From Nemertoderma westbladi (Eukaryota; Animalia; Xenacoelomorpha), in assembly GCA_032718475.1 (NCBI GenBank), contig JAUCBJ010006631.1, forward strand, positions 26,448-90,447: a DNA stretch of 64,000 nt, given 5' to 3'. The notes under the pieces were generated by a model, which saw only the letters and a list, made by a program, of their open reading frames with translations, ran no database searches and was not told the origin of the DNA. Positions within the stretch are counted from its first letter, which is position 1; the number at the start of each line of letters is the position of its first letter. Positions 12,041 to 24,280 of this stretch are shown here, one piece after another. The position numbers were made by a program, and so were the translations under genes.

Positions 12041-12476
12041 CCGCTCCAAGGGAAATCATATAATGTTTCCCTCCAATTGTAGAAGAGTATAAGGTGATGT
12101 ATACAAAACAAAATAAATTTCTTCCAACCAATCTAAATAACATAATAATTCTACTATTTACAAATATTGCCATAGATATTGCATAATGAATTACATACAA
12201 ATTAAATTTACAAAATATTGTTTCTCGTTCATTCTTACTACATAATGATTACTACATACAAAATCAAATATAAAAATTTTGCTAGGGCAAGTGAAAGGAG
12301 TAAGCCAAACCCGCAGGTTTGTCTCCCCAATCACTTCCTTCGCCTCTTTCATAATATAAATTCAAATAACTCAACTAGTGTATACGAGTCTAGTCGAAAA
12401 TTTTCAAATGCTACAATATACATCAGAGCGACGATGATGTATATATCTAGAGTCTGTCGCCCTGTGCCATAATGTA

Positions 12477-15400
12477 TTATCGACCCGCTCCTGGGTTCTT
12501 TGGGCTCGCTCCTCTCTTTCGTCCCCTTCCCAGATACACTAATCTACCTCTAGTCGACTCCGTTGACGGCGTCCGTGAGGCGTCACTCCCCGGAACCGGC
12601 GACGACGTTCCCTGAGCCCCGACAGATTCTCGGCTCGAACTTCTCCCTCGGCCTCGTCCCAATTGTCGCGCTCCCGTGGTCGCTTCCGCCAACTCTTCCT
12701 TCTGCAGTTGCACACGCGCTTTCTCAGACGCCCCCTGCGCCTTGCGCTGCAACCGTTGAGCTTCTATAATGGAGTGGTAGTGGTCGTCCTTGACTTGACG
12801 CTTGTCTTGGACCCCTCCTCCTGGTTCTTTCCGCGAGCCTTGAGCTCCAGCGGTCGTCGCTGTGGTCGCTGCGATCCTTTGTTCCTGTATCCTCTCGGCG
12901 GTCAATGAACCCACTGGCACATGAGTCAACAAGAATTCGTTGCGGTATTGTATAGCCGCCATCCTCCAATCACCTCGCGCGCGTACCACTTTTCTAGTCT
13001 CCGTAAATACACCCTTCGTGATGCGATCGCAAATAGCAACGAAGTTCCATGTGTACTTATTGTCCATGTTCAATTGTCTGAAGTATTCTCGGACTACGAT
13101 AACTCCAGTGTTCTGTGGAAGGTCTTGAGCAGTTAGGATGAGCTCCTGATATTGTGGTAGCGATTGTAGATATGGCTCGTACGCAACATGCGATGGGTCT
13201 ACCGCCCAAAACCCATATCCCGCTTTAAATGGTAACCAACGCATCTGCGCTTGAATATGGTAATCCGCCACACTCTCCCACTTATCTAACATCTCCCGAA
13301 GTAGGTTAGCGCTATGGTTTTGAAAGGAATCATCTCGCAGCTGACATCTCGCGCTACGGTGTCCTTTTACTCCACAATATCCACATTGAGAAATGAAGAC
13401 GGTGCACGTGTGAAACGAATGGTCGGTCTCATTGCACCAACGACAGACCTTATGCGCCGCCTCTATTACCGCGTCGCACGACTTTAGATTGTGCCTTGTG
13501 CTGCCGCACAATTTGCACCTACGCGCTTGTGGAAACCAGGCCCTCTCGTATATGAGGTCTCCAATCGGTTTCGCACTTCCTTCCTTCCCAATGTCTAATA
13601 CGATGTCGTCCTCTCCGGTCAACGGTTGTCGATCCGGAACAAAGTAAACATCCTCGCCCTTGTCCTCTATCTCCAATATTTCCTCCCGCGTTCGTTTCGG
13701 ATATGTCTTCTCCACCGGAAGATCTACTCCGAACACCTCTACTAACGTTTCCGGCCAGCCCTCCTTAACAGGTCTATCAGCCTCCGAGTGGAAGGGAGTA
13801 CCAAACCCGCGGGTTTGATTCCCGAACCACTTCTCCAAAGCTTCTGGCGTCGGATATTCCATCGACGGTCGGTCTCCCAAATCTCCGATGTTCTGTCGAT
13901 ATACTCCTTCGAATATCGCTAATCCTCTCCTCACCATCGACGTATTCTCTAACGATTGGTTGAAGAACGGGGTTAAGAAACGCTTCATCACGTCGGATTG
14001 GATTCCCCCTTTCGAGCGAACGTATTGATCTCCTCCGAATACCAATGGATGACGCTTCAAAACTCGCGCAACGATATCCGCTAATAAACAAGTCACCGTG
14101 TTCGACTCAAGCACCAAATAATATTGTAGCGACGCACGGGGTGGCGCGCAAATGTTCCAATACACTAACGCTTGCCGCTTGAAGTGGGATTTGAACTCCG
14201 CTCCCGGTGGCGTGTTGTATTCGCCATACGCCTCCTCGTACTTCTTTTGCGTCTTCAACTTAAAGTCCCAATTATACAACAAGTGTGCTATAAAGCCCAT
14301 ACCAGTCTTGGCAGAGTTGGGATACTCCCTATAAATTCCAATATCCTGTGCCCATAGCAACAATAGCTTGGTGTCGACAAACGGTCTCGGCAATCTATCT
14401 TCCAGATCAGTCATGGCGTTGAAGTCGCTCTCCAAATCGCTCTGGACTCCCGATCCCACCTTGACGTAATCTTGGTTGAGAATAGCCTCTCTAACCTTCT
14501 TTGGTAACATCCTGGCGTCGATACGCTCCGCTCCGTGCATACCTCCTCGCCTGCATACCTCCAAAATCTGTTCCCTAGGATCCTTCCCTTTCCGATATTG
14601 TGTCGTTATGATGGGCTCCGGTCTCTCTCGATCCGCCCTCACACGCATAAACACATGAGTCACACCATCGGCCGCACGAATTTGAATACACTTGCTAGTC
14701 AAGCATTCCTGATGGGACCCTCCTTCATTGTCGTAGAACATCACTCTCCAATCCTGCAGTGATTCCTCCGTTTTCCTCCACTGACGCTGAATCTCATCTG
14801 ATGGGGTCCACATGCGCTCGATCGCCTTGTGGTCATCATATCGGGTATAAGAACCCTTCCTCCTCAGCCACGTCTGGTCTACTTCCTCGTCATCTGGGAA
14901 TGTAGCCACCGCGACCCATACCTTGATGTACTTATCCAACCATCCGAATAACTTACTCTCCTTCCCCGGAGCTCCAATCTTGTCCAAAGTGTCGTAATCT
15001 GTGATCTGCATTGGGACATCACGCAAGAACTTCGCGCATAAAACTTCCCGTAGACAGTCAACGTTCCAATGGTCCGCCATTCTTACCATCGGCAAGAATC
15101 GTATCGCTTCTCGCGACTCCGGATGATCTACTAATATCGCAGGTTCGGTGCCGTCGGAATAATACACCGGTCCGGGTTGAGATACGACCTGTGGAACAAA
15201 TCCGGTCACTCTCCTCGTCTCCTCTTGATGTCTATCCGCGGTCTTATTATACTCCGCTATCCTGTTCTCAAATAACTCTTTCGCCTTCGCCGCTCGCTCC
15301 TCCTGCCGCAACGCGTCTATGTCGTCCTGATGCTCAGGTGTGAGGCTTCTCACTCGGTGAGGTGAAGTAAACGCAGTCCAGGGACTCGAGAGCTCCAAAC

Positions 15401-16184
15401 CCACGGGTTTGGTACCCGAGTCCCGCGCCGCTTCGCGCCGCGCCTCTAGATCCTTGTAGGCTCGGTACAGCGAAATGGCCGCTGCCGTCTCTATCAAACT
15501 GGGTGTCGAACAGGGTTTAATCTCCGTATACGGATCTAATGTCGTAACGGTCGGCGTAATGGGTCTCGGAGGTCGCTTTCCGCTGAAGTCGATACTGATC
15601 ATCGGGTTGCTCATCGGGTAACCTCCCTCGTTGTATCTAAGGAATTGGTGAGCTGGACATCGCGTTAATATCGGTTCCGGATGTTGCTCGTCTAATCGGT
15701 CGGGAATCGCCACGTCCTGTTTATTCATGCATTCACCACACTTGTAGAAGAGCTTGTATACGCTGAAGACTTTCGGCGTCTCCTGATCCTCGCCTCGAGT
15801 CCTCCGATACAGGTGCATTCCGTCGAACTGGTCTCGGACTGCAGGTAGAGGCTCCTCGTGTCGTAAATACATATTCATATGGTATAGTCGTGCGATTTCC
15901 TCGTCCGGATCTGCGCTAATGTCGCACACGTCCAAAGCAAAGTCGTAGGGATACCGCGTGCGATACTCTCTCCGCAAGACTTCCATCCGGTCCCCCAACG
16001 CTCTCATTCTTTCTCTCCGTAATTCTTTATCATAACTTGGTTTATACTTCCCGTTCAGCTCCATCACGGACCGCCCATGGTAGTAAACGTTAGAGTCTTT
16101 ACATCCTGGTCGCGCGAATGGTAGCTCCGCCTCCTCTCTGGCAGTAAATCCTCTGCGCGGTTGCGCTCTAATATCCCTCTCCAT
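12477..16184 (-). CDS. Retrotransposon ORF3, 1235 aa: putative DEDDy 3'-5' exonuclease domain, three CCHC zinc knuckles and a basic RG-rich tail
   Basis: Intact ORF between integrase and the 3' LTR. Motifs VMFYDNEG / CIQIR / LPKKVREAILNQDYVKVGSGVQSD / FVDT / W...LQYYLVLE. Knuckles CKLCGSTRHNLKSC, CRWCNETDHSFHTC and CGYCGVKGHRSARC. No obvious signal peptide or TM anchor. Confidence 0.75.
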   Translation of the reverse strand: MERDIRAQPRRGFTAREEAELPFARPGCKDSNVYYHGRSVMELNGKYKPSYDKELRRERMRALGDRMEVLRREYRTRYPYDFALDVCDISADPDEEIARLYHMNMYLRHEEPLPAVRDQFDGMHLYRRTRGEDQETPKVFSVYKLFYKCGECMNKQDVAIPDRLDEQHPEPILTRCPAHQFLRYNEGGYPMSNPMISIDFSGKRPPRPITPTVTTLDPYTEIKPCSTPSLIETAAAISLYRAYKDLEARREAARDSGTKPVGLELSSPWTAFTSPHRVRSLTPEHQDDIDALRQEERAAKAKELFENRIAEYNKTADRHQEETRRVTGFVPQVVSQPGPVYYSDGTEPAILVDHPESREAIRFLPMVRMADHWNVDCLREVLCAKFLRDVPMQITDYDTLDKIGAPGKESKLFGWLDKYIKVWVAVATFPDDEEVDQTWLRRKGSYTRYDDHKAIERMWTPSDEIQRQWRKTEESLQDWRVMFYDNEGGSHQECLTSKCIQIRAADGVTHVFMRVRADRERPEPIITTQYRKGKDPREQILEVCRRGGMHGAERIDARMLPKKVREAILNQDYVKVGSGVQSDLESDFNAMTDLEDRLPRPFVDTKLLLLWAQDIGIYREYPNSAKTGMGFIAHLLYNWDFKLKTQKKYEEAYGEYNTPPGAEFKSHFKRQALVYWNICAPPRASLQYYLVLESNTVTCLLADIVARVLKRHPLVFGGDQYVRSKGGIQSDVMKRFLTPFFNQSLENTSMVRRGLAIFEGVYRQNIGDLGDRPSMEYPTPEALEKWFGNQTRGFGTPFHSEADRPVKEGWPETLVEVFGVDLPVEKTYPKRTREEILEIEDKGEDVYFVPDRQPLTGEDDIVLDIGKEGSAKPIGDLIYERAWFPQARRCKLCGSTRHNLKSCDAVIEAAHKVCRWCNETDHSFHTCTVFISQCGYCGVKGHRSARCQLRDDSFQNHSANLLREMLDKWESVADYHIQAQMRWLPFKAGYGFWAVDPSHVAYEPYLQSLPQYQELILTAQDLPQNTGVIVVREYFRQLNMDNKYTWNFVAICDRITKGVFTETRKVVRARGDWRMAAIQYRNEFLLTHVPVGSLTAERIQEQRIAATTATTAGAQGSRKEPGGGVQDKRQVKDDHYHSIIEAQRLQRKAQGASEKARVQLQKEELAEATTGARQLGRGRGRSSSRESVGAQGTSSPVPGSDASRTPSTESTRGRLVYLGRGRKRGASPKNPGAGR

Positions 16185-18750
16185 TATGTTACGCGTATAT
16201 ACATATATATATATCCCAATAAGTGCCGTTACGTAACCAATTACACTGTGGGTAAATCAGTTAGATGTCGCCGAAAGACAGACCTCCCGAACCCCCCCGC
16301 CTTCCAGCAGTTCAGGTTCGACTCTCTAGATCCCGTCTCTTCCTAACTAACTATCCTCTAACCTATTCCCATGCATAGCGCAAAAACTTTGGAGATAAAC
16401 TGGCCGTGACCAACTCACTTTTTGATGCCCAAACTACTCCCATTACTCGTACTAAACTACAGTAGTTAGAAAGGACCATAGCCACAATACTCGACTATAC
16501 CAAACCCACAGGTTTGATAATCGAACATCACACATCCTGCAAACTACTGAGTGGGATCCGTGCACCCCTCTGGTGCTACTAACCTTTAGCACCTTAGTTG
16601 CACTGTTGGCACCAATCTGTGGAAGTTGCTAAACTCAATTTACACTCCTACGTAATATAGCCGTCACCATGGTTTCTAAATGCTATTTTCCAGGCTTCAC
16701 GACTTTTCAAATTACTGTTTATCTATAGACGAATTCTAAAACGCGTCTATACACAGCGTCTGGAATTGTCTTGGGTTCACTTCTAATTTTTAAAATTTTC
16801 TAATTTTTTCCAAAATTTTGAAATAAAATTTTGTTTTGATACCCACCAGACAAAACTCAATGCAAATCACCACAACCCCGCTCCTATGCATTTCCTTGTA
16901 TTTGCATACGAGGAATGCATACGAAGTGAGTTGCGTCCAACACTAATTCAGTTTTGAGGCAGGAGACAAATTATAATCTCCCGTCTCGATACGTGTCTCC
17001 TCTAATAACACAATATCTTGGACCGGTCGGTCCAAGGTGTGTAAACCATTAGTTTTACACTTTTTTGGGTGCGGACACTTGCACCTAATTTTCACAGTGA
17101 CTGTGCGCACTATGTTTTGCACGTCTGGGTGTGTGTGCAAGATCACTCCCGTCTCCCAATACTTTCTCTTGACAATGGGTTCGGTTATCAACACGTAATC
17201 TCCCCTTTGGAGACTCCGAACCGTCTTGTACCACTTTGTTCTGGTGGATATGGTGGGAAGATAGTATTCCCGCCAATATTCCCAGAATGTGTACGCCACA
17301 AACTGTGTTACTTTCCAGCTCTTACGACTATATAGGTCGGCACTAATGGGTTCTGATGCCGGCACAAGAAATGCTGGACTCTGCATTAGCAAATGATTCG
17401 GCGTTAATGCAACACCGTCTGGCAACATAGCTATCGGCCTCGAGTTTAGGGTATGCTCGATTTCAATAAAAGCTGTGACCAGTTAGTCGTCGGTAAGTTG
17501 TTTGTTCACAGGCAATGTTTTGGCAATGGCCTGCTTCACAGAGCGAACTAAACGCTCCCAACTTCCTCCTCTCCAAGGACTTTCTGGAGTATTGAATCTC
17601 CATTCTACTCGTTGCGGCAAAAGTGCTGCAGAAATTTCCTTATTCTGTGCTGCTTTATGAGCCGCGTTCAACTCGCTATTCCCTCCGACAAAGTTTGTAC
17701 CCTTGTCAGAGTAGAACGCCTTTACTAGTCCTCTCCTGGCCATAAATCTCTTTAAGGCCAGGAGCAGAGATTTGGTCGACATGTCTGCCACACGCTCGAT
17801 GTGTATGGCTCTACTAGCCATACATGTCAGTAGCAGACCCCATCGCTTGTGGGTCAGCCGTCCACTCTTTGCTTCAATCGGACCAAAACAGTCCACCCCT
17901 GTATTCGTAAAGGGTGGGTCATATGCCTGCACTCTCGCTTCTGGGAGTTCAGCCATCTCCTGTTCCAATACTCTGGCGTTCACTCTCTTGCAAACCAGAC
18001 AGGCGTCGTACATAGTGCCTACTGCCCTGCTTGGCTGCAATAGAATGAATCGCTGTCTCGCTGCCGACAGACAGTGTAACTTTCCCGCGTGATGCAACCT
18101 CTTGTGTATATCCCATAGAATCGCTCTTTGCAATTCTATTGGGTGACTAGGGATTATCACTGGGAACCTAAACTGTGAGTTTATGTCGACAGTCTGGATT
18201 CTCGATCTATGACAAATTAAACCCTTATGGATTAATGGACTCCATTTTCTAAGGGGTTTATAGAGAACTGGTCGATGAGCCGATAATAGATGGAATTCTT
18301 TCGGGAAGGCACACATTTGATAATGCTTCAAATGCTTTAATTCCGCTTGATCAATCTCATCCTCTGCCAGAGGTTGTTTCAATTTCTGAATTCGCTCACT
18401 ATTGGTGCTCAATGGTTCTCTCAAATGTTTCGAATGTTTTAAACAAAGGTACGAAACGTATCGGCTTAACCACGCAGTTCTTTTACAAATTGTCAGCCAA
18501 GAGGCAGACGAATTTAGTAATTTGTCATAAATACTGCATGACTCTAATGCCAGCGACGGTTGTCCGCTAACTAATGGAAGTTTCGAATCCAAACCCGCAG
18601 GTTTGGAAACCAAAGACTCCATTGTGTCGGTCATTTTCTGTCCGTCACTTACCAATTGTGACTGTCGTCTAGTCTGTAAGGGTGGTTTTATGTCATAACT
18701 TACCCTTCCTGACCTAGTAGTCACGTAAGTCTGTTGATCTGACAGGTCTC

Positions 18751-18853
18751 CAGGCCGCTCCAATGACTCTTCAGGCCGCTCCAATGACTCTTCAGGCCGC
18801 TCCAATGACTCTTCAGGCCGCTCCAATGACTCTTCAGGCCGCTCCAATGACTT
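18751..18853. repeat. In-frame 21-bp tandem repeat (SLERPEE)n in the pol RNase H-integrase linker
   Basis: caggccgctccaatgactctt repeated ~5 times. Confidence 0.9.
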
Positions 18854-21800
18854 AAGTTTGGCTTTAGACTTCGACTTAGAGACTTTCTCCACTTTGACTT
18901 CTGCATCTTCAGGCATCGGATTGGTCACTATCTTTAGTCGCTCTGGCCAATGTTCCTGTGTCCTCGTTAGAAAATCAGGTCCATGCAACCAAAACTCCTG
19001 CGACTCTTCCCGACAGAATTCCGCCGGCATTGCACCTCTCGAAGTTATGTCGGCCGGGTTCAACACTCCCGGACAATGTCTCCATTGTTCCTTCGTCGAA
19101 AAATCAACGATCTGAGCGCGTCTATTGGCCACAAATGTCTTTAGTGCAATATTGTCGGCCGCAATGTATACTAACACCAAGGATGCGTCCGTCCAATAGA
19201 ATAAGGTCAATGTCGTGTCTAACTCCTCAGTTATTTGCTTACTTACCTCGACCGAAACTACAGCCGCCTGTAACTCTGCACGAGGGACAGTCATATATTT
19301 GACCGGCATTGTCTTTGATCTAGAAGTCACAAAGGCCGTCTCAAATTTGTCCTGACTTACCTCTCGGCGAAGGTAGGCTACCATACCAAAGCCGGTGTCA
19401 CTTGCGTCACTAAATAAGTGGAGCTCGAGATCAGCTGGGAATACCAGCTGATTCGGAAAGTAGGAACGGGGTACATCTATGTTTTTCAATAGATGTAACT
19501 CGGCTTCCCACTCCCTCCACTGCTTTGCATGTATAGGAGATATTGGTTCGTCCCACTCTAAGTCGGACAACCAAATTTTCCTCATGCACGCTCGTGCCTG
19601 TAATATTACCGGACTGATAAAGTTCATCGGGTCAAATAGTCTACTTAATGTCGATAAGCAAATCCTCTTTGTCAAAACTTTGTCTGGGCTACTGGGCTCA
19701 AATCTAACTCTTACCTGGAACTTATCCGAGTTCGGATTCCAAGCGAGTCCCAGTACTCGCGCCATGGGGATTGGTTCTACCCCCAATTCTATGTCTCCGC
19801 TCCCGCGATCTTTTACCGGGAACGATTCTAATAGGGCCTCCGAATTAGTAGTGAACTTGGTCAGAGGAAATCCCCCTGTAGCCAAGCACTCTTGCAGGCC
19901 GTGAGCCACTTCTATGGCTTGTTCCGCTGTGTCCTTGGACACCAATCCGTCGTCCATATAGAAGTTTCTCAAGATGGACTCGATTACTTCTACTGGGTAC
20001 TTACCAATCTGGGCTGTTGCCGTTTTCTTTAGAACGAACAGCGTGCCATTCGGACTATCGCGGGCGCCAAATATCCTAACGTACATTTGGTATGTAACCA
20101 CTGGGCCGGATAAGTCTTCATTCTCGTACCAGAGAAATCGAAGGCTATCCTGGTCTGCCTTACAGGCTCTTACCTGGTGGAACATCGCCTCGATGTCACA
20201 AGTAAATGCGAATCGCCGCTGTCTAAAACGCAACAGTATTCCAATCAAATAGTTATTCAGGTTGGGACCATCCATCAACTCTGAATTCAGGGACATACCT
20301 CTATAGACTGCTGCGCAGTCGTTGACTACTCGGACTTTGTCTGGCTTGTCAGGGTGAGTCACATAGTGGTGTGGAAGGTAATAAGTCTGGTCTGTCACTA
20401 AGTCAGGGTCCTCTACCTTCCCAGCAAATCCCTTGGCGAAATAGTTGTTGATCTGGGCGCAATACTTCTCCCTAATGCCTGGATTCTTCAACAACCGAGC
20501 CCTTACTCCGTTTAATCTTTTCAAGGCTAAGCTGTAGTTGTTCTCCAACTTAGGTGGTTGTCGACGCCACAACATTCCAACTTCAAAATGTCCAGTCGGT
20601 AGTAGACGTATGGTATCTTCCATCATCTCCAGCGACCGCTTCTCATCAGTAGACATGGCTAGGTCATATCCACCGGGTTCCATTGCGTCCCTGTCCAGCC
20701 ATTCGACGGTTCTGGCTCCTGTCTCGAGGTCCTGGCGTATCAATTCCTTCTGCAATTCCTCCTCACTGTATTGGAAAATGTCTAGGTCTCGATATTTAGC
20801 CACTTGACCCTCCACTATGTCTGTATAAGTCAAAACGTTAGTCAAATAGGTAGCGTGGGCCGCTGAACCAGACCCACGGGTCTGATAACAGTAGTCCTCG
20901 GGTTCACTATCTGTCCGGTTGTTATGAAGTGGTTCCGACAACCTAACATTATCAGGAATCAACTCCTCGTCCGACTCGCTAAAGTCACTATAGTGGTCAA
21001 TACAGGTTCTCCTAAACTCGTCTATGTCTGGTGGTTCTACTAACGGTGGTTGAATTATAGGCTGTAATTCATCGTATCTGTCCATTGGCTTGTCGCCACC
21101 TGTAAACTCATAAGACATGGGTACTCGTGTATACCAACCTAGTATAGTCCTATGGGCATGTGGTCCATTGACATGCGGCTCAGCTGGTCTCGTTTCCCAT
21201 ATCTGGTGTGCGATCAGCTGTTCTGCACCAATCAACATAGAAACATTCCTATAACCTACCTGGTGTCTGGGTATCCTGAGCTTGTCAAAATACTCCTGTG
21301 CTATGGGACTCATCGGCGGCACCTTACCTAACTGCCTGCCGAATCCCTTCATAGCTAGACACTTAAATCCGTCCAATGGCAAAGCTTTCCGTTCTTGTCG
21401 AGTGTGTTGGTCTCTCGGAAGTAGGGAATCTAGTTCCACCGAAATTCTGTGTCCCTTGAGGTCTCCTACCCCATGCATAGACTTCAACTCTATTTGGATC
21501 TCCTCGGCGTCCTGGAAGCTAGAAACGGCTCTCGCCACTTCCTCGTCGATATAAGATAATGTGGACGCAGTGTCCAACATCACATATATTCGCTTCGATC
21601 CCTTATCGCCAGTGAGTTTCACCGGAATCACGCTAAATATTTCCGACGTGGCCGATGATAAATACGTCCGCGCGCTGGTCGATGAACTATCCGCGGTGAA
21701 ACCTTGGCAGGTCACTTCTCTCGCGCTCGACTCGCCATCCTCGTCCGACGAACCTGGTTGGTAACCATCGTCCTGGATGCCAGTGTACGTATTCCTCCTT

Positions 21801-23989
21801 ATCGATACGGGTTCTTTGCTCCCCTTCCTTTGAGGATTTCGCTGTAAGTAACGGTCCGTTGGGGTGTGGAAATCCGCATGTAGCAACTTGTGATGTAGTC
21901 TGCCGCATTCCATGCATCCGTCCTTGCTGTTCGGGCACTGCCGCCGTACATGACCTGGCGCAAGACATGCCCAACAGGTGTCCAACGTCCGCACTTGAAC
22001 TCTTCTCTGTTCCGAATTTAATTCTTTGAACCGTCTGCAACTATCTAACTTATGGTCGTCAGATCTTACCTCCTTTAGTAAACAGTATTGGCAACCTACA
22101 AATCCATCCGGCAACTCCTGTTGCTTTAACCTAGGTCTATCTAACCGCTCACCTGACCATACTCGCGAGTCTGATCTAAAGGCTGGGGTATTCGAATTAT
22201 ATCTGTCTACTGAGTTAAATGTCACAGTGGTCCTGTCATCGTCAAAACTTACCATAGACTTACCGGTAACAGGTTTAGACTCCCTCATATTCTCTTCTGA
22301 GAAGTTTGATTTCATCTCTGCTACTGCGTCTGTGGCTATCATGTCATGAATATGCTGAAGTGTCAATACTTTACCTTGGCCCTCCAACTTATTCTCTAAT
22401 TTGCGCCATTTCTGTCTGTAACGCATGTTTAAACGTCTTATTACGCTTTTCAAAACTTCGGCGTGATCACCATGATGAGGTAGATTCACCGTCCTCAAGA
22501 TGTCCAATGCGTTCGAAATAGCGTTCGCTAAGTTCAACAGCTCTAACGGAGTTGTAATCCTTCCGCCCTTACCCAAGTCTTCTACTATCGACTGCGCCAT
22601 CTTGGTTTTATTCCCGTAGATGTCATTAAGCGTCTTCATCGCTAACTCAAATGCTCTTTCATTGCCGACGAAATTATCAGCAATGGCTCTAGGTTCTCGA
22701 TGGAGCATCTGAAGCAAATAGTTGAACTTTTCGTTGGGAGTAAAGGTGCTGTTGGTTAGCTGCTCGTCGATATAGGTTTTGAAGGTCCTCCAATGTTTAT
22801 GGTTACCCATAAACTTCTGGGGTTGCTGCGTCGGCAGTCCTTGCCTAGCAGCAAACTTACCTATGTCCCTAAGGGTTGCGTCGTTCCGGGTTAACAAATG
22901 GTTTAGTTCCGCAGGGTTGTTAAGTCTGGTCCTTTCCCGGTGGTTCCAACTTACCTGCTCCGCGTCCGTCCTTCTTTCCTTATAGTTTCGGGACTTCTGA
23001 CGTCTCATTTCTTCCTCTTCATCGCTTGACTCAGTGTCAGTCCTTAGCGCTCACGATGGTTTGCGCGCCGAGGCCCTGACCCAAGCTTCCTCAATAAATC
23101 TTTCTGCCGAATTTTCGAAATTGGGATTATGGATATTCGGGACAGGCGTCCTTACCTGAGGTCTATGTGGTATAGTCTCCTCCGATATGCGTACTCGTTG
23201 ACTAGGCTGGACTTTATCTAACTCAGGCCTGCTAGGATTAGAATTACTTCTTACCTGGGCTGCTTCCTTTAACCGTAGGTTGCTAAGCATGTCCGTTATA
23301 GGTTGGATGTGCGGCGATATAGCTTGCGCTAAACTAGCACTTAACTCATCCCTCGTAATAAATTCCTGGCTAGGGTTCTGTTGTATAGTCGGCTCTATCT
23401 GAGTAATCCGCTGTCTCTCATATGATCCCTCTTCCGGTTTAACCCGGAAGTTCTCCGTCGAACTAGGTCGGCGCTCCGTCCGCGTATTCCAAACCCGCGG
23501 GTTCGGTTCGCCAAGTACTCGTCCTGTCGGAGTTTCTTCTCTAAATTCTCCGTTGTCGCGTTCGGTGTATAGTGGTGCAGTGTTCCGATGACGTAGATCC
23601 TGCGCGATAGGTGAAGCACTAATACCAACTGGCGTGCGATATGTAGAGAACGGTTTAACGATCCGTGTACTCGTAATAGCTGGACCGGGTATAGGAATTC
23701 TGGTCGTCGTTGACTCGCGTATAGCCGGAGTTCTCGCTTCCTGTTCGGCCTTCTGCAGTGCGAACAGTTCTCGCAACTCTGTCCCCACACTCGCCCCACA
23801 TTCTTCGAGCATTCGCATCCCCTTCTCGGCGATTTCGTTCGCCTTCCTAGTCCGTTCTTCGCTCTCTAAACTTAATCTCGCACTTTCCAACTGCGCCAGT
23901 TTACGCTCTTCTTCTTCCCTCGCTCGTCTCGCTGCGCTCTCTTCTTCCACTCGCGCCTTTTCTTCATACAATGCGCGTCTTCTTTTCTC

Positions 23990-24280
23990 GATCTCGAGTT
24001 CGCGTTCCTTGCGTCCGCGTTCGAGTTGAAGCTCGCGCTCCTTCTGTTCACGATCGAGTTTCTTGCGCTCGCGTTCGGCTTGGAGTTCGCGTTTCTTCGC
24101 TTCCTGTTCGCGTTCGAGTTGGAGTTTGCGTTTCTTCGCTTCCCGTTCGCATTCAAGTTGGAGTTCGCGTTTCTTCGCTTCCCGTTCGCATTCGAGTTGG
24201 AGTTCGCGTTCTCTCTGTTCGCATTCGAGTTCCTCGCGCTTGCGCTCGGCTTGGAGTTCACGTTCCCTTTGCTCGCGTTC
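23990..24280. repeat. 33-bp coding repeats (RELQLECEREAK-like) in the gag coiled coil
   Basis: Recurrent gttggagttcgcgtttcttcgcttcc units. Confidence 0.8.

Noticed and set aside
12477-16184. ORF3 as an envelope glycoprotein
   Set aside because: No evident signal peptide, TM anchor or fusion-protein Cys pattern; it has nucleic-acid-binding knuckles instead.
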